Source: Chromatiales bacterium
GTDB taxonomy: Bacteria > Pseudomonadota > Gammaproteobacteria > SZUA-140
Direction of reading: 5' to 3'
DNA length: 64,000 bases
Assembly: GCA_050486285.1 (NCBI GenBank)
Contig: JBJHCZ010000003.1
Span: 23,886-87,885, forward strand
Numbering within the stretch: position 1 is the first letter of the stretch; every line of letters starts with the position of its first letter. Shown piece by piece: positions 31,503-40,590 of this stretch. A model generated the notes under the pieces. The model was not told where the DNA came from. It made no database searches and saw only the letters and a list, made by a program, of their open reading frames with translations. The translations under genes and the position numbers were made by a program.

Positions 31503-32531
31503 TTAGAACTTGAAGACTGCTGCGAGGGTGATCTTGTCGCCATCGATAGCCGGGAGTCCCTGGCTTTCGATGTCATCGGAACGCCACTCAAGACGCAGGT
31601 CGACGTTGTCTGCTGCCTTCCAGTTGCCGGCAACAGTAATCGCGGTATCTTCGGCACCGCCATCATACTCGACCATGTCATAACGCAGCGTGATGCCGAA
31701 GTTGTTCGGCAGACCAATGTGGCCACCGAGGCTCATACCGGAATCAAGGATCTCACCGGCGGTGATGTAATCGAACCACACCCTTACCGGCATACCGCCG
31801 GCATCCAGGCTGTAGGCAACGTTGAAGTTAATCAGGTTCTCGTAAGACTGATCGTTGGTGGGCGTATTGTCTTCCTGAGTCAGTACCCCGAGGCCGAGAT
31901 CAAGGCCGTCAATCGGCGAGCCGCTGATATTCAGCAGGAAGGAATTTGCGTCATCGACGCCGCCGATCTCGTTCAGAAGGCCGAGAGTGACCTTCGCGGG
32001 TCCGGCCATCAGGTGAACCGCTGCACCCTCGACGTTGTTACCGTCGCCTTGGGTAATCTGGTGATTCAGGATGTCGGTGCGGATGAGACCATGCGAGATC
32101 GTCGTCAGGTCAGACTTGTTGTGGGCTTCAGCGCCGAGCGGGCTGTTGAAGCGACCGACCTGGACCTTGGCCATATCATGGACGCGCCAGGCGCCAAAGG
32201 CCTGCTGAACCGCAAACTCATCGGTTGCGCTTGCATACGGATTGTTGATGACGACGTCGATGCGCGCATAGGCATCGTCGTTGATCATGGCGCCGAAACC
32301 CAGCTTGCCCGCGGTCTTGAACTTGCGCTCGGAAGCGTTCGCCGGATTACCGTCGGCATCCGTTCCTTGGTTCTCAGCGAAATCATCGGTGATCGCGAAG
32401 GTACTCATCACATAGCCATTGACCGTGGCGCCCGGGCCCTTGTCCTTGCCGTGGTGGCCGTCGGCTGCGAAGGCCGCGCCGCTGGCAGCGAAGGCGCCGG
32501 CGACGGCGACTGCTAACAGTTTCTTGTTCAT
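31503..32531 (-). CDS. Outer-membrane beta-barrel (porin-like), atypically low GC
   Basis: Signal peptide MNKKLLAVAVAGAFAASGAAFA, C-terminal ...LAAVFKF. GC ~55% and A/T-ending codons versus ~68% in neighbours. Strong RBS GGGAGAGAG. Confidence 0.65.
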   Translation of the reverse strand: MNKKLLAVAVAGAFAASGAAFAADGHHGKDKGPGATVNGYVMSTFAITDDFAENQGTDADGNPANASERKFKTAGKLGFGAMINDDAYARIDVVINNPYASATDEFAVQQAFGAWRVHDMAKVQVGRFNSPLGAEAHNKSDLTTISHGLIRTDILNHQITQGDGNNVEGAAVHLMAGPAKVTLGLLNEIGGVDDANSFLLNISGSPIDGLDLGLGVLTQEDNTPTNDQSYENLINFNVAYSLDAGGMPVRVWFDYITAGEILDSGMSLGGHIGLPNNFGITLRYDMVEYDGGAEDTAITVAGNWKAADNVDLRLEWRSDDIESQGLPAIDGDKITLAAVFKF

Positions 32532-32611
32532 GTTGCTCTCTCCCTAGGGGTTGACGAAGACGGACCCATCAAGTGGATCCTTAGTCAGTGCACGTTTTGT
32601 CAACGTTCGGG

Positions 32612-32642
32612 TTTTATAGTACATCGGTGCCCGATATGCAAC
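32612..32642 (-). promoter_or_regulatory. Candidate sigma70 promoter of the low-GC OMP gene (-35 TTGCAT, 17-bp spacer, -10 TATAAA)
   Basis: Read on the minus strand within a ~48% GC patch, ~90 nt upstream of the ATG. Hand-identified only. Confidence 0.3.
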
Positions 32643-32840
32643 ATCCAATGTCATTTATTTTCATGTAATTGGGAGGTTATGCGTCAAAAATACAACAGCG
32701 GTCACAAAATTCGGCCACAACGGGCGCGCCAACCGGAGCGGTCGATGGCGGCGCCTGGCCACCAGATATAGGGCCATCGGGCAGGAGACAGGGGGTCCGG
32801 AGACCAGATCTGGGAAATCGGGGTCAGGGGAAGTCGGAGA

Positions 32841-32923
32841 AATCGGGGTCAGAGTAACAATTCGCCAGACAAGCGTGGGTCAGACCATGGCTTTAGTAGC
32901 GAATTGTTACTCTGACCCCGATT
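32841..32923. repeat. 25-bp perfect inverted repeat (AATCGGGGTCAGAGTAACAATTCGC ... GCGAATTGTTACTCTGACCCCGATT) with 33-nt loop; REP-family variant
   Basis: Starts 29 nt downstream of the tRNA-Gln 3' end. A partial extra copy GAAATCGGGGTCAGGGG lies at 32814-32830. Confidence 0.6.
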
Positions 32924-32951
32924 CCTTGACCCATACGGGGCAAGCAGGGAA

Positions 32952-33025
32952 TGGCTGGGGGACGAGGATTCGAACCTCGGTTGACGGAGTCAGAGTCCGT
33001 AGTCCTACCGCTAGACGATCCCCCA
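32952..33025 (-). tRNA. tRNA-Gln (anticodon CUG)
   Basis: Minus-strand sequence TGGGGGATCGTCTAGCGGTAGGACTACGGACTCTGACTCCGTCAACCGAGGTTCGAATCCTCGTCCCCCAGCCA folds as a cloverleaf: 7-bp acceptor stem, anticodon stem ACGGA/TCCGT, loop CTCTGAC, T-arm CGAGG-TTCGAAT-CCTCG, encoded CCA. Close to E. coli tRNA-Gln. Confidence 0.9.
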
Positions 33026-33086
33026 AAACTGCATCGGGATGCGCAGGGCCGGGCCGCCGGCTGGGCGGGGCCGGCCCTGTCGTTGA

Positions 33087-33476
33087 TCAGCGCTTCGAGA
33101 ATTGCGGGCGCTTGCGCGCCTTGTGCAGGCCGACCTTCTTGCGTTCGACCTCGCGCGCGTCCCGGGTCAGGAAGCCGCGCTGGCGCAGGGCCTTCCGGTT
33201 CGCCTCATCCCAGGCGACGATCGCGCGGGCGAGACCGTGCCGGATCGCGCCGGCCTGGCCGCTGTTGCCGCCGCCGCGCACGGTGACGTTCACATCGACC
33301 TTGTCGCTGAGGCTGGTCGCCTCGAGCGGCTGGCGCACGATCATGCGCGCGGTCTGACGACCGAAGTAGGTGTCGAGCGGGCGGCCGTTGACCGTGATGG
33401 TGCCGGCGCCGCGGCTCAGGAATACGCGCGCCGTGGAACTCTTGCGGCGGCCGGTCGTGCAGATAGTGTCCGTCAT
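33087..33476 (-). CDS. rpsI: 30S ribosomal protein S9
   Basis: 130 aa ending ...[14 protein letters not shown]. Confidence 0.95.
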   Translation of the reverse strand: MTDTICTTGRRKSSTARVFLSRGAGTITVNGRPLDTYFGRQTARMIVRQPLEATSLSDKVDVNVTVRGGGNSGQAGAIRHGLARAIVAWDEANRKALRQRGFLTRDAREVERKKVGLHKARKRPQFSKR

Positions 33477-33489
33477 GTCGGGTGTCCTG

Positions 33490-33918
33490 TCAGATTTCGA
33501 GGGATTTCGGCTGCTGGGCGACGTGCTGGTGATCACCGCCGGCGTAGACCCGCAGCTTGCGGAACATCGCCCGGCCGAGCGGATTCCTCGGCATCATGCC
33601 GCGCACGGCGGTCTCGATGATGCGCTCCGGATGCCTCGCGCGCATCTCGTCGAAGGTCATCGACCGCAGGTTGCCGATGTAGCCGGTGTGGCGGTGATAG
33701 ATCTTGTCGCTGGCCTTGTTGCCGGTGACCTGCACCTTTTCGGCATTGATGACGATGATGTAGTCGCCGGTGTCGACATGCGGCGTGTACTCGGCCTTGT
33801 GCTTGCCGCGCAGGCGCTTCGCGATCTCGCTGGCGAGCCGGCCGAGCGTCTTGCCGGAGGCATCGACGACATACCAGTCGCGCTTGACCTCGTCGGGTTT
33901 GGCGCTGAAGGTCTTCAT
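33490..33918 (-). CDS. rplM: 50S ribosomal protein L13
   Basis: 142 aa with a clear L13 match ([20 protein letters not shown]...). Confidence 0.95.
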   Translation of the reverse strand: MKTFSAKPDEVKRDWYVVDASGKTLGRLASEIAKRLRGKHKAEYTPHVDTGDYIIVINAEKVQVTGNKASDKIYHRHTGYIGNLRSMTFDEMRARHPERIIETAVRGMMPRNPLGRAMFRKLRVYAGGDHQHVAQQPKSLEI

Positions 33919-34055
33919 GTGGCTGAAATCCCGTTATTCCAGATAGTTACCCGGCCCGGACCGGACGACGCCCGCGCAGGGACGCGATGCCGGCGGGCAC
34001 CAAAGAGCGAGAATTCTACAGAATCAATCTCCTGCAGGCAAGGGTCAAACCCGCC

Positions 34056-34203
34056 TCTGGCAGGCTGATGAAAAAGGCCCGGTGGGTTTTCTCCGCGAAT
34101 GGCTCGCCTCGCTGTCGCTTCGCGGCACCCTTCGGGCTCCGGCGAGGCTGCGCTTGACTTCGCTGCGAAAACCCACCGGGCCTTTTTCATCAGCCTGCCA
34201 GAG
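34056..34203. repeat. ~145-bp structured intergenic repeat, copy 1 (conserved ~85-bp core plus 32-bp perfect terminal inverted repeats)
   Basis: Core GTTTTCTCCGCGAATGGCTCGCCTCGCTG.CGCT.CGCGGCACCCTTCGGGCTCCGGCGAGGCTGCGCTTGACTTCGCTGCG.AAACCC is shared with 58477-58617 and 61539-61686. The flanks CTCTGGCAGGCTGATGAAAAAGGCCCGGTGGG / revcomp are copy-specific. Confidence 0.7.
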
Positions 34204-34204
34204 G

Positions 34205-34510
34205 CTAGATCCTCAGCCGCTCGACGATCCGCCCGCCGACCAGGTGCTCGTCGATGATCTCGTCGAGGTCGCGGCGGTCGCGGTAGCTGTACCAGACGCC
34301 CTCCGGGTAGACGACAGCCGTCGGTCCCAGCGCGCAGCGGCCGAGGCAGCCGGCGCTGTTGACCCGGATCCCGCCCGGGCTCGCGAGCCCGAGCGCCTTG
34401 ACGCGCTCCTTGACGTAGGCGCGCATCGCCTTCGCGTCGTGGTCCTCGCAGCAGGCGCGGCCGTCGTCGCGCTGGTTGGTGCAGAAAAAGATATGGCGGT
34501 TGTAGAACAT
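34205..34510 (-). CDS. Thioredoxin-like [2Fe-2S] ferredoxin
   Basis: Start MFYNRHIFFCTNQR. Cys ligands in FFCTNQRDDGRACC and AGCLGRC. ~100 aa. Confidence 0.7.
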   Translation of the reverse strand: MFYNRHIFFCTNQRDDGRACCEDHDAKAMRAYVKERVKALGLASPGGIRVNSAGCLGRCALGPTAVVYPEGVWYSYRDRRDLDEIIDEHLVGGRIVERLRI

Positions 34511-34599
34511 CGGCAGAAGATACAAGATACACGCGGCGGCAGAAAGGCCCCGAAGGACCCATTGTACCCGATTTACCCGCAATCCCCGGACCCTCGCCC

Positions 34600-35943
34600 T
34601 TGAATCTATCCGAGAATCTGGCTGACCTGATCCAGTCCGAGGCCGACCGCTGCGTCAAATGCGCGCTGTGCGCGCCGCACTGCCCCACTTACGGCCTGAC
34701 CCGCGACGAGGGCGACTCGCCGCGCGGGCGCATCGCGCTGATGCAGGGGCTCGCCGAGGGCCGGCTGTCGGCGGGCGGGCGGCTCGATTTCCACCTCGAC
34801 CGCTGCCTCGCCTGCCGCGCCTGCGAACGCGTCTGTCCGTCCGGCGTGCGCTACGGGCGCCTGATCGATGCGGCGCGCGCATACGGCGCGACCCGCCAGC
34901 GCCCGCTCGGTCGTCCGGGCAGGCTCGCGCGCTGGCTGCTCGACGGCGTAATCCCCGACCGCCGCCGGCTCGCCCGCCTGGCCCGCTGGCTGCGTCTCTA
35001 CCAGCAGAGCGGCGCGCGCCGCCTGCTGCAAGTGTCCGGCCTGCTCCGGCTCATGGGCCGGCAGCGGCTCGATAGCCTGATGCCCGAGATCCCGGCGGCG
35101 CCGCGCTGGCACGGCTACTACCCGCCGGAGGGGAAGATTCGCGGCGAGGTCGCGCTGTTCACCGGCTGTATCGGCAACGTGCTCGATCGCGATGCGCTCG
35201 AGGCCTCGATCCGGTTGCTGAATGCCTGCGGCTACGGCGTCCACGTCCCCGCGGCGCAGACCTGCTGCGGGGGGCTGCACCTGCACGGCGGCGATCTGCG
35301 CCAGGCCGCGGCGCTTGCGCGGCGCAACCTCGACGCCTTCGACGGCCTCGCGAACGGAGCCGGCCTCGCCGCCGTGGTCTATACCGCGAGCGGCTGCGGC
35401 GCGACGCTGGCCGAATACGATCAATGGCCGGCGGCGGACGGCCTCGCGCCGCCGGGACGCTTCGCGGCGCCGGTCGTCGATGTCTGCAGCTTTCTCGAAC
35501 GGAGCGGCGCGCTGGCGGAGCTGGAATTTGCGCGGCTCGATGCGACGGTCGCGGTCCACGACCCGTGTACGCTCAGGAATGTCGTGCGCGCCACGGAGGC
35601 CCCTTACCGGCTGCTCGGCCTCGTCCCCGGTCTCGCTGCGCGTCCGCTGGCGAACAACGCCCGCTGCTGCGGCGCCGCCGGCAGCTATCTGCTGACCGAG
35701 CCGGCCCTCGCCGACGCGCTGCGCGCGGACAAGCTCGCGGCGATCCGCGACGCGGCGGCGGACATCGTCGTCAGTTCGAATCTCGGTTGCGCGCTGTTTC
35801 TGGCGGCGGGTCTGCGCGGGGAAACGGGGGGAAGCGGTCCTGCGGTGATGCACCCGGCGACGCTGCTCGCGCGCCAGCTCGGGATCAGAGCCGGTACGCG
35901 GTCGTCGTCATCACCTTCGACGTCAGCGACATCAGCGTCCTGA
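34600..35943 (+). CDS. glcF: GlcF-like Fe-S oxidoreductase (glycolate oxidase iron-sulfur subunit family)
   Basis: Two 4Fe-4S motifs [12 protein letters not shown] and [12 protein letters not shown], followed by two CCG-type cysteine-rich domains. No glcD or glcE adjacent. Confidence 0.7.
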   Translation: MNLSENLADLIQSEADRCVKCALCAPHCPTYGLTRDEGDSPRGRIALMQGLAEGRLSAGGRLDFHLDRCLACRACERVCPSGVRYGRLIDAARAYGATRQRPLGRPGRLARWLLDGVIPDRRRLARLARWLRLYQQSGARRLLQVSGLLRLMGRQRLDSLMPEIPAAPRWHGYYPPEGKIRGEVALFTGCIGNVLDRDALEASIRLLNACGYGVHVPAAQTCCGGLHLHGGDLRQAAALARRNLDAFDGLANGAGLAAVVYTASGCGATLAEYDQWPAADGLAPPGRFAAPVVDVCSFLERSGALAELEFARLDATVAVHDPCTLRNVVRATEAPYRLLGLVPGLAARPLANNARCCGAAGSYLLTEPALADALRADKLAAIRDAAADIVVSSNLGCALFLAAGLRGETGGSGPAVMHPATLLARQLGIRAGTRSSSSPSTSATSAS

Positions 35944-36535
35944 CCGGCGCCGGCAGCGGCGCCCCGCCGGCGGCCAGCGCCGTCGTCGCGTGATGCTGTT
36001 CATCGTCCTTCATCTGCAAGAGAATCGCGCGGCTGCGCGCGTCAGCGGCCGGCAGGCGCTCGAGGTGGTCTTCGAGATGGCGCACGACCTGGCGCTCGGT
36101 CTCGACGATGAAGCCGAGGCTCCACTGGTCGCCGGCCCAGCCGGCCAGCGCGCCGATCGCGAGCGAACCGGTGTACCACAGGGGATTGAGCACGCTGGTG
36201 TGGCCGCCGAGTTCGTCGATGCGCTGCTCGCACCACCGCAGGTGATCGTTCTCCTCCTCCGCCGCGCGCTCCATCTTGTCGCGCACGCCGGGCAGGCGCG
36301 CGGTCAGCGCCTGGCCCTGGTACAGTGCCTGCGCCGACACCTCGCCGGCGTGATTGACGCGCATCAGGCCGATCGCGCGACGGCGCTCGTCGTCGGACAG
36401 TTCGGCCTCGGGGATCGCGGCGGCGGGATCGGGCCGGCCGGTCGGTGCGGGCTTGCCGAACACGGTGCGCAAGCCGCGATCGGCCTGGATCAGGAAGCGG
36501 TCGAACAGATCGTAGTCGCGGGTGGCTTCGGTCAT
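35885..36535 (-). CDS. coq7: Demethoxyubiquinone hydroxylase Coq7 (di-iron)
   Basis: [18 protein letters not shown] and EExEHL-type di-iron motifs ([15 protein letters not shown]). Confidence 0.85.
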   Translation of the reverse strand: MTEATRDYDLFDRFLIQADRGLRTVFGKPAPTGRPDPAAAIPEAELSDDERRRAIGLMRVNHAGEVSAQALYQGQALTARLPGVRDKMERAAEEENDHLRWCEQRIDELGGHTSVLNPLWYTGSLAIGALAGWAGDQWSLGFIVETERQVVRHLEDHLERLPAADARSRAILLQMKDDEQHHATTALAAGGAPLPAPVRTLMSLTSKVMTTTAYRL

Positions 36536-36548
36536 GCCGGGTCTTATT

Positions 36549-36577
36549 GGGGTCAGAGCCCTTCGGGGTCTGACCCC
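36549..36577. repeat. REP-family hairpin GGGGTCAGAGCC-CTTCGG-GGTCTGACCCC
   Basis: Between the coq7 start and the speD stop. Same GGGGTCAGA arm as the other REP copies. Confidence 0.6.
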
Positions 36578-37386
36578 TATACCTTGGTCATATTGCTGGC
36601 GTAGAAGATCTCGCTCATCTCGCGCTGCAGTGACTGCTTGATCTGCTGCTTCTCGCGCTGCTCGAGATCCTTCTCGCCGGTGCCGAACAGGTAATTGTCG
36701 AGATCGAACTCCTTCAGGATCATCTTGCTGTGGAAGATGTTCTCCTGGTAGACGTTGACGTCGATGATCTGGTAGCGGTCCAGCGTGTCCTTCGACAGGT
36801 AGTTCTGGATCGAATTGATCTTGTGATCGATATAGTGCTTCTTGCCCTTGACGTCGCGGGTGAAGCCGCGCACGCGATAGTCCATGATGACGATGTCGGA
36901 CTCGAAGCTGTGGATCAGGTAGTTCAATGCGCGCAGCGGCGACACCCGGCCGCAGGTCGACACGTCGATGTCGACGCGGAAGGTGCTGATGCCGTTGTCC
37001 GGGTGACTCTCCGGATAGGTGTGCACCGTCAGGTGGCTCTTGTCGAGGTGCGCGAGCACGGTCTCCGGCAAGGGCCCCGGCGCCTCTTCATGCTCGTAGA
37101 CGGGGCTGTCGGTCGCGACCGCTTCCTCGGCGATCAGCATCGTCACGCTCGCGCCCTGGGGATCATAGTCCTGGTGCGCGATGTTCAGGATGGTCGCGCC
37201 GATGATCTCGGAGACGCGGGTCAGAATCTCGGTCAGACGCTCGGCGTTGTAGGCCTCGTCGATGTACTCGATGTACTCGCGCCGGTGCCGCGCGGTCTTC
37301 GCGTAGCAGATGTCATAGATATTGAAGCTCAGGCTCTTGGTGAGATTGTTGAAGCCGTGCAAGCTCAGTTTTCGCTGTTTCGACAT
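36577..37386 (-). CDS. speD: S-adenosylmethionine decarboxylase proenzyme (E. coli type)
   Basis: [29 protein letters not shown] is near-identical in pattern to E. coli SpeD. Confidence 0.9.
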   Translation of the reverse strand: MSKQRKLSLHGFNNLTKSLSFNIYDICYAKTARHRREYIEYIDEAYNAERLTEILTRVSEIIGATILNIAHQDYDPQGASVTMLIAEEAVATDSPVYEHEEAPGPLPETVLAHLDKSHLTVHTYPESHPDNGISTFRVDIDVSTCGRVSPLRALNYLIHSFESDIVIMDYRVRGFTRDVKGKKHYIDHKINSIQNYLSKDTLDRYQIIDVNVYQENIFHSKMILKEFDLDNYLFGTGEKDLEQREKQQIKQSLQREMSEIFYASNMTKV

Positions 37387-37511
37387 CGCGCATAAAGCCC
37401 CAGGGAGAGAAAACGAAAGCCGCCAATCCTAACACAAACAGCGCCGGTGCATCACCTCGCCCGTGCCTGAGCGCTCGACGTCTGCAATTACATTAAAAAA
37501 CTTCCGTCATA

Positions 37512-37931
37512 TCAAGCCGGATCGACCTGTCCCGCGAGCGGCGGATGGTAGATCAGCTGTACCGAGTTGCCGTCCGGATCCCGGCAGTAGAAGCTGCGGG
37601 CGCCGTCGCGGTGGCTGCGCGGCGCGGCCTGCAGCGGCACACCGTGCCCGGCGAGGAAGCGGTGCCAGGCGTCGACGTGCTCCGGGGCGTTCAGTATAAA
37701 TCCAATGTGATCAAGCGCCTGTGGCTCCGGACTCGAGGACGCCGGGGCCGCGCGATGGAGCGCGAGATTGTCGCAGCCGGAGGTCAGGTAGACATTGTCG
37801 GCATCGGGACGCCACTCGACGCGCATGCCGAGCAGCTCGACATAGAAGTGCTCCATCTGCTCGAAGTCGCGGGCATGCAACGCGACGTGGCGCATCCCGG
37901 CCGTCGCCGGGGGCCGCGCTAGGGCGCTCAT
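37512..37931 (-). CDS. VOC/glyoxalase-family protein
   Basis: Glyoxalase fold motifs (HVALHARDFEQMEHFY, GNSVQL). ATGA overlap with the osmC stop. Confidence 0.7.
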   Translation of the reverse strand: MSALARPPATAGMRHVALHARDFEQMEHFYVELLGMRVEWRPDADNVYLTSGCDNLALHRAAPASSSPEPQALDHIGFILNAPEHVDAWHRFLAGHGVPLQAAPRSHRDGARSFYCRDPDGNSVQLIYHPPLAGQVDPA

Positions 37932-38350
37932 GCGCCCTCCCGGATCTCGTAGTCGTGGCTCATCTCGACGCCGGCGCGGCGCATCAGGATCGAGGCCGAG
38001 CAGTATTTTTCGGCGGACAGCTCCACGGCGCGCTTCACCGCGGCCTCGCTCAGGCCCTTGCCGATGACGATGAAATGGATGTGGATCCGGGTGAAGACCC
38101 TGGGCGGCTCGGCGGCGCGCTCCGCCTCGAGCTCGACGATGCAGTCCAGGACCGGCTGGCGCGACTTGCGCAGGATCTCGACGACGTCATAGGCGGTGCA
38201 GCCGCCGGTGCCGAGCAGCAGCAGCTCCATCGGCCGGAAACCCAGGTTGCGGCCGCCGCCGTCCGCGGGTCCGTCGGTGACCAGCGCATGGCCACTGCCC
38301 GACTCGCCGACGAACTGCGCCCCTTCGACCCAGCGGACGCGGGCCTTCAC
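37928..38350 (-). CDS. OsmC/Ohr-family peroxiredoxin
   Basis: GTG start seven nt after AAGGAG. Conserved GCTAYDVVEIL and CSASILM cysteine regions. The 196-aa ATG extension is rejected. Confidence 0.7.
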   Translation of the reverse strand: MKARVRWVEGAQFVGESGSGHALVTDGPADGGGRNLGFRPMELLLLGTGGCTAYDVVEILRKSRQPVLDCIVELEAERAAEPPRVFTRIHIHFIVIGKGLSEAAVKRAVELSAEKYCSASILMRRAGVEMSHDYEIREGA

Positions 38351-38489
38351 GGCCACACTCCTTGCGCGTAAATCGCCATCATATTTCCCTAAACTTTCAC
38401 ACGGAATTACCGATAAGTCCTGACGTAGCGATCGCCCGCAGGCGATAGCAAAAAACCGCCCTGCCAGAGGACGGTATCGGGAATCCATC

Positions 38490-39128
38490 ATGACGCAAAT
38501 TCGTCGAAAAATCATCACTCCCGGGGTCGAAAAGTTCCTCGGCTACTGCCATCGCCGGCGCTATCCGTCGAAGAGCGTGATCATCTATCGTGGCGACGCG
38601 CCGAACTCGCTGTACTACATCGTCGAGGGTTCGGTTGCGGTGCTGCACGAGGACGACGACGGTCACGAGATCGTCCTCGCTTACCTGAACACCGGCGACT
38701 TCTTCGGCGAGATGGGGTTGTTCGACAAGGACAAGGCCGGCCGCAGCGCCTGGGTGCGGGCGCGCGCGCAATGCGAACTCGCCGAGATCAACTACGACAA
38801 GTTCCGCCAGGTCGCCGCGCAACACCCCGAGATCCTGTTCGAGCTGGCGTCGCAGATGGCGCTGCGCCTGCGCCGCACCAGCGGCATGGTCGGCCGGCTC
38901 GCGTTCATGGACGTCTCCGGCCGCGTCGCCCGCACGTTGCTCGAACTGTGCCAGCAGCCGGATGCGATCACCCACCCGGACGGCATGCAGATCCGCATCA
39001 CCCGCCAGGAACTCGGCCGCATCGTCGGCTGCTCGCGCGAAATGGTCGGCCGCGTACTCAAGAACCTCGAGGCCCAGAACCTGATCACCGCCCGCGGCAA
39101 GACCATCGTCGTCTTCGGCACCCGCTGA
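38490..39128 (+). CDS. crp: cAMP receptor protein CRP/Vfr, global transcription regulator
   Basis: Collinear with E. coli CRP over 212 aa (YPSKS.IIY.GD...LYYIV.GSVAVL, SAWVRA...CE.AEI.Y.KFRQ, HTH GCSRE.VGR.LK.LE.QNLI...GKTIVV.GTR). Confidence 0.92.
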   Translation: MTQIRRKIITPGVEKFLGYCHRRRYPSKSVIIYRGDAPNSLYYIVEGSVAVLHEDDDGHEIVLAYLNTGDFFGEMGLFDKDKAGRSAWVRARAQCELAEINYDKFRQVAAQHPEILFELASQMALRLRRTSGMVGRLAFMDVSGRVARTLLELCQQPDAITHPDGMQIRITRQELGRIVGCSREMVGRVLKNLEAQNLITARGKTIVVFGTR

Positions 39129-39135
39129 ACCAAAA

Positions 39136-39176
39136 GGGTCAGACTCGTCTGATTCTCCCCTTCGCGAAGGGGAGGC
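39136..39176. terminator. Tandem hairpins (GGGTCAGAC-TCG-TCTGA then CTCCCCTT-CGCG-AAGGGGAG) between convergent crp and OMP genes
   Basis: On the minus strand the first hairpin is followed by CCCTTTTGG (U-tract), which would terminate the OMP gene. No U-tract on the crp side. Confidence 0.45.
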
Positions 39177-39213
39177 AGGGGGGTTGCGACCGCAGCGAGT
39201 CGCTGGTCGGGTG

Positions 39214-40482
39214 CTAGAAGCGGAATCCGAACTGGAGGGCTGCGCCCAAGTCGTCGCTGTTGCCGGCGACCGCGACATCGAGGTGGACGCCGAACGGCGA
39301 GAAACCGAGGCCGGCGCTGTACACGCCGCTGTCGAGATCATCCGGCAGATCGCTCAGGTTGTGGCGGTAACCGAGCCGGAGTTGCAAAGTGCGGAAGGCA
39401 TCGAACTCGACGCCGAGACCGACGTATTGTGTCTTGCTGTCGAGCCCGGCCGGCTGGTTCTCGGTCAGGTCGAGATCGGCGGCCAGCGTGATCCAGCCGA
39501 GCGCCGGCGGCCGGTACGCAGCGCCGATGCGGGCCATCGGTTCGAGCTTGAACTTGCCGGCAATTTCACCCTGAACATTCGTCGGAGCAAGATCGTATTC
39601 CTGTGAAATCAGGTTCTTTACCGCGATACCTGCCTGCCAGCCGTTGCCGAAGTCTTTCGCGACCCCGATGTCGATATTGAATCCGGAATCGCTGCGCTCG
39701 CCCTGATCCAGGTCGATCTCGACGTTGTCTATGCTGGCCCCCTGGAATCCGTAGTTATAGGTCTGCACCTTGACCAGCTTGGGCGTGACGCCCACTGCAA
39801 TACCGCCCAGCTGATCCAGCTTGTGCGCAAGGCCGATACCCACTTCCGTAAGCAATGCAAAGCGGGCGCGGACGGAAGAAGTGAAATCATCGACAGGACT
39901 GGGGATGTTCCCGTTGCCCTGGGCTGCAGATATGACGCCTTCGATCGCCTCACGGTCCTCCTGGGAATAAACGCTGAACGCGCCTCCGATGACATGCGCA
40001 TTTGCGAATAACGATACCCCGAGCCGCTCTCCGGGCACCCCGATGACGACCGCTGCACTGCCCTCTACTTGCAGCACCTTGTCCGAGATCGCGACGAAAC
40101 GGCTGTTCAGGTCCAAGCCCGCATCGATGAGTTCCTGGCGCGCGGCGTCGAAGTCGCCGGTGTTGAATGCAGTCAGTGCATTGTCGAATCGTTCTATCGG
40201 ATTTGAACTCTCGAAATTATCAATCGCATCGATCACGCTGCCCTGGTCCAGCACCCGACCGCCGATGATCGGGAGTTCGATGCTGAAACGGTCGCGCTCG
40301 CGCTTGACCGCGAGCAGGGCCGGGTTCAGGAAGACCGCGTTGGCGCTGGTGCCGGCGGCGACGCCGGCGCCGCCCATCGCGAAGGAACGCGGGTCCGGGG
40401 AGCTGAACGGCGCAGCGGCGGCGCTGCCGGCAAAGGCCAGCGCCAGCGCCGAGGAAATCATGAGAGAGGTGCGATTGCGCAT
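39214..40482 (-). CDS. Outer-membrane beta-barrel protein, TraF-like family (assignment tentative)
   Basis: Signal peptide, MGGAGVAAGTSANAVFLNPA N-terminal motif, C-terminal ...ALQFGFRF. Confidence 0.55.
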   Translation of the reverse strand: MRNRTSLMISSALALAFAGSAAAAPFSSPDPRSFAMGGAGVAAGTSANAVFLNPALLAVKRERDRFSIELPIIGGRVLDQGSVIDAIDNFESSNPIERFDNALTAFNTGDFDAARQELIDAGLDLNSRFVAISDKVLQVEGSAAVVIGVPGERLGVSLFANAHVIGGAFSVYSQEDREAIEGVISAAQGNGNIPSPVDDFTSSVRARFALLTEVGIGLAHKLDQLGGIAVGVTPKLVKVQTYNYGFQGASIDNVEIDLDQGERSDSGFNIDIGVAKDFGNGWQAGIAVKNLISQEYDLAPTNVQGEIAGKFKLEPMARIGAAYRPPALGWITLAADLDLTENQPAGLDSKTQYVGLGVEFDAFRTLQLRLGYRHNLSDLPDDLDSGVYSAGLGFSPFGVHLDVAVAGNSDDLGAALQFGFRF

Positions 40483-40590
40483 GGGTCGGTGTCCTTTTCG
40501 AATGAGGCCTGACGCGGACTGGCGCCTGTCCGTGGAATATCGGCCTCCAACCTCAGGTCTTTAGCCCCCGAATGGGGGCGCTACCCGGGC

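Noticed and set aside
14890-32951. Genomic island integrated at tRNA-Gln covering the cytochrome cluster
   Set aside because: Tempting because the cluster ends beside the tRNA 3' end and the adjacent porin has deviant GC. I found no integrase or recombinase, no direct repeat of the tRNA 3' segment in 14467-14889, and most of the cluster has host-like GC. Left as a hypothesis only.
34082-34603. ORFs starting inside the 145-bp repeats (34082-34603, 61566-61769, 58079-58609) sharing the peptide FLREWLASL.LRGTLRAPA.LRLTSLRKPTGP
   Set aside because: Sequence identity is at the DNA level and confined to the repeat core. The flanking in-frame sequence is unrelated Arg/Pro-rich filler, so this is not a conserved small-protein family.
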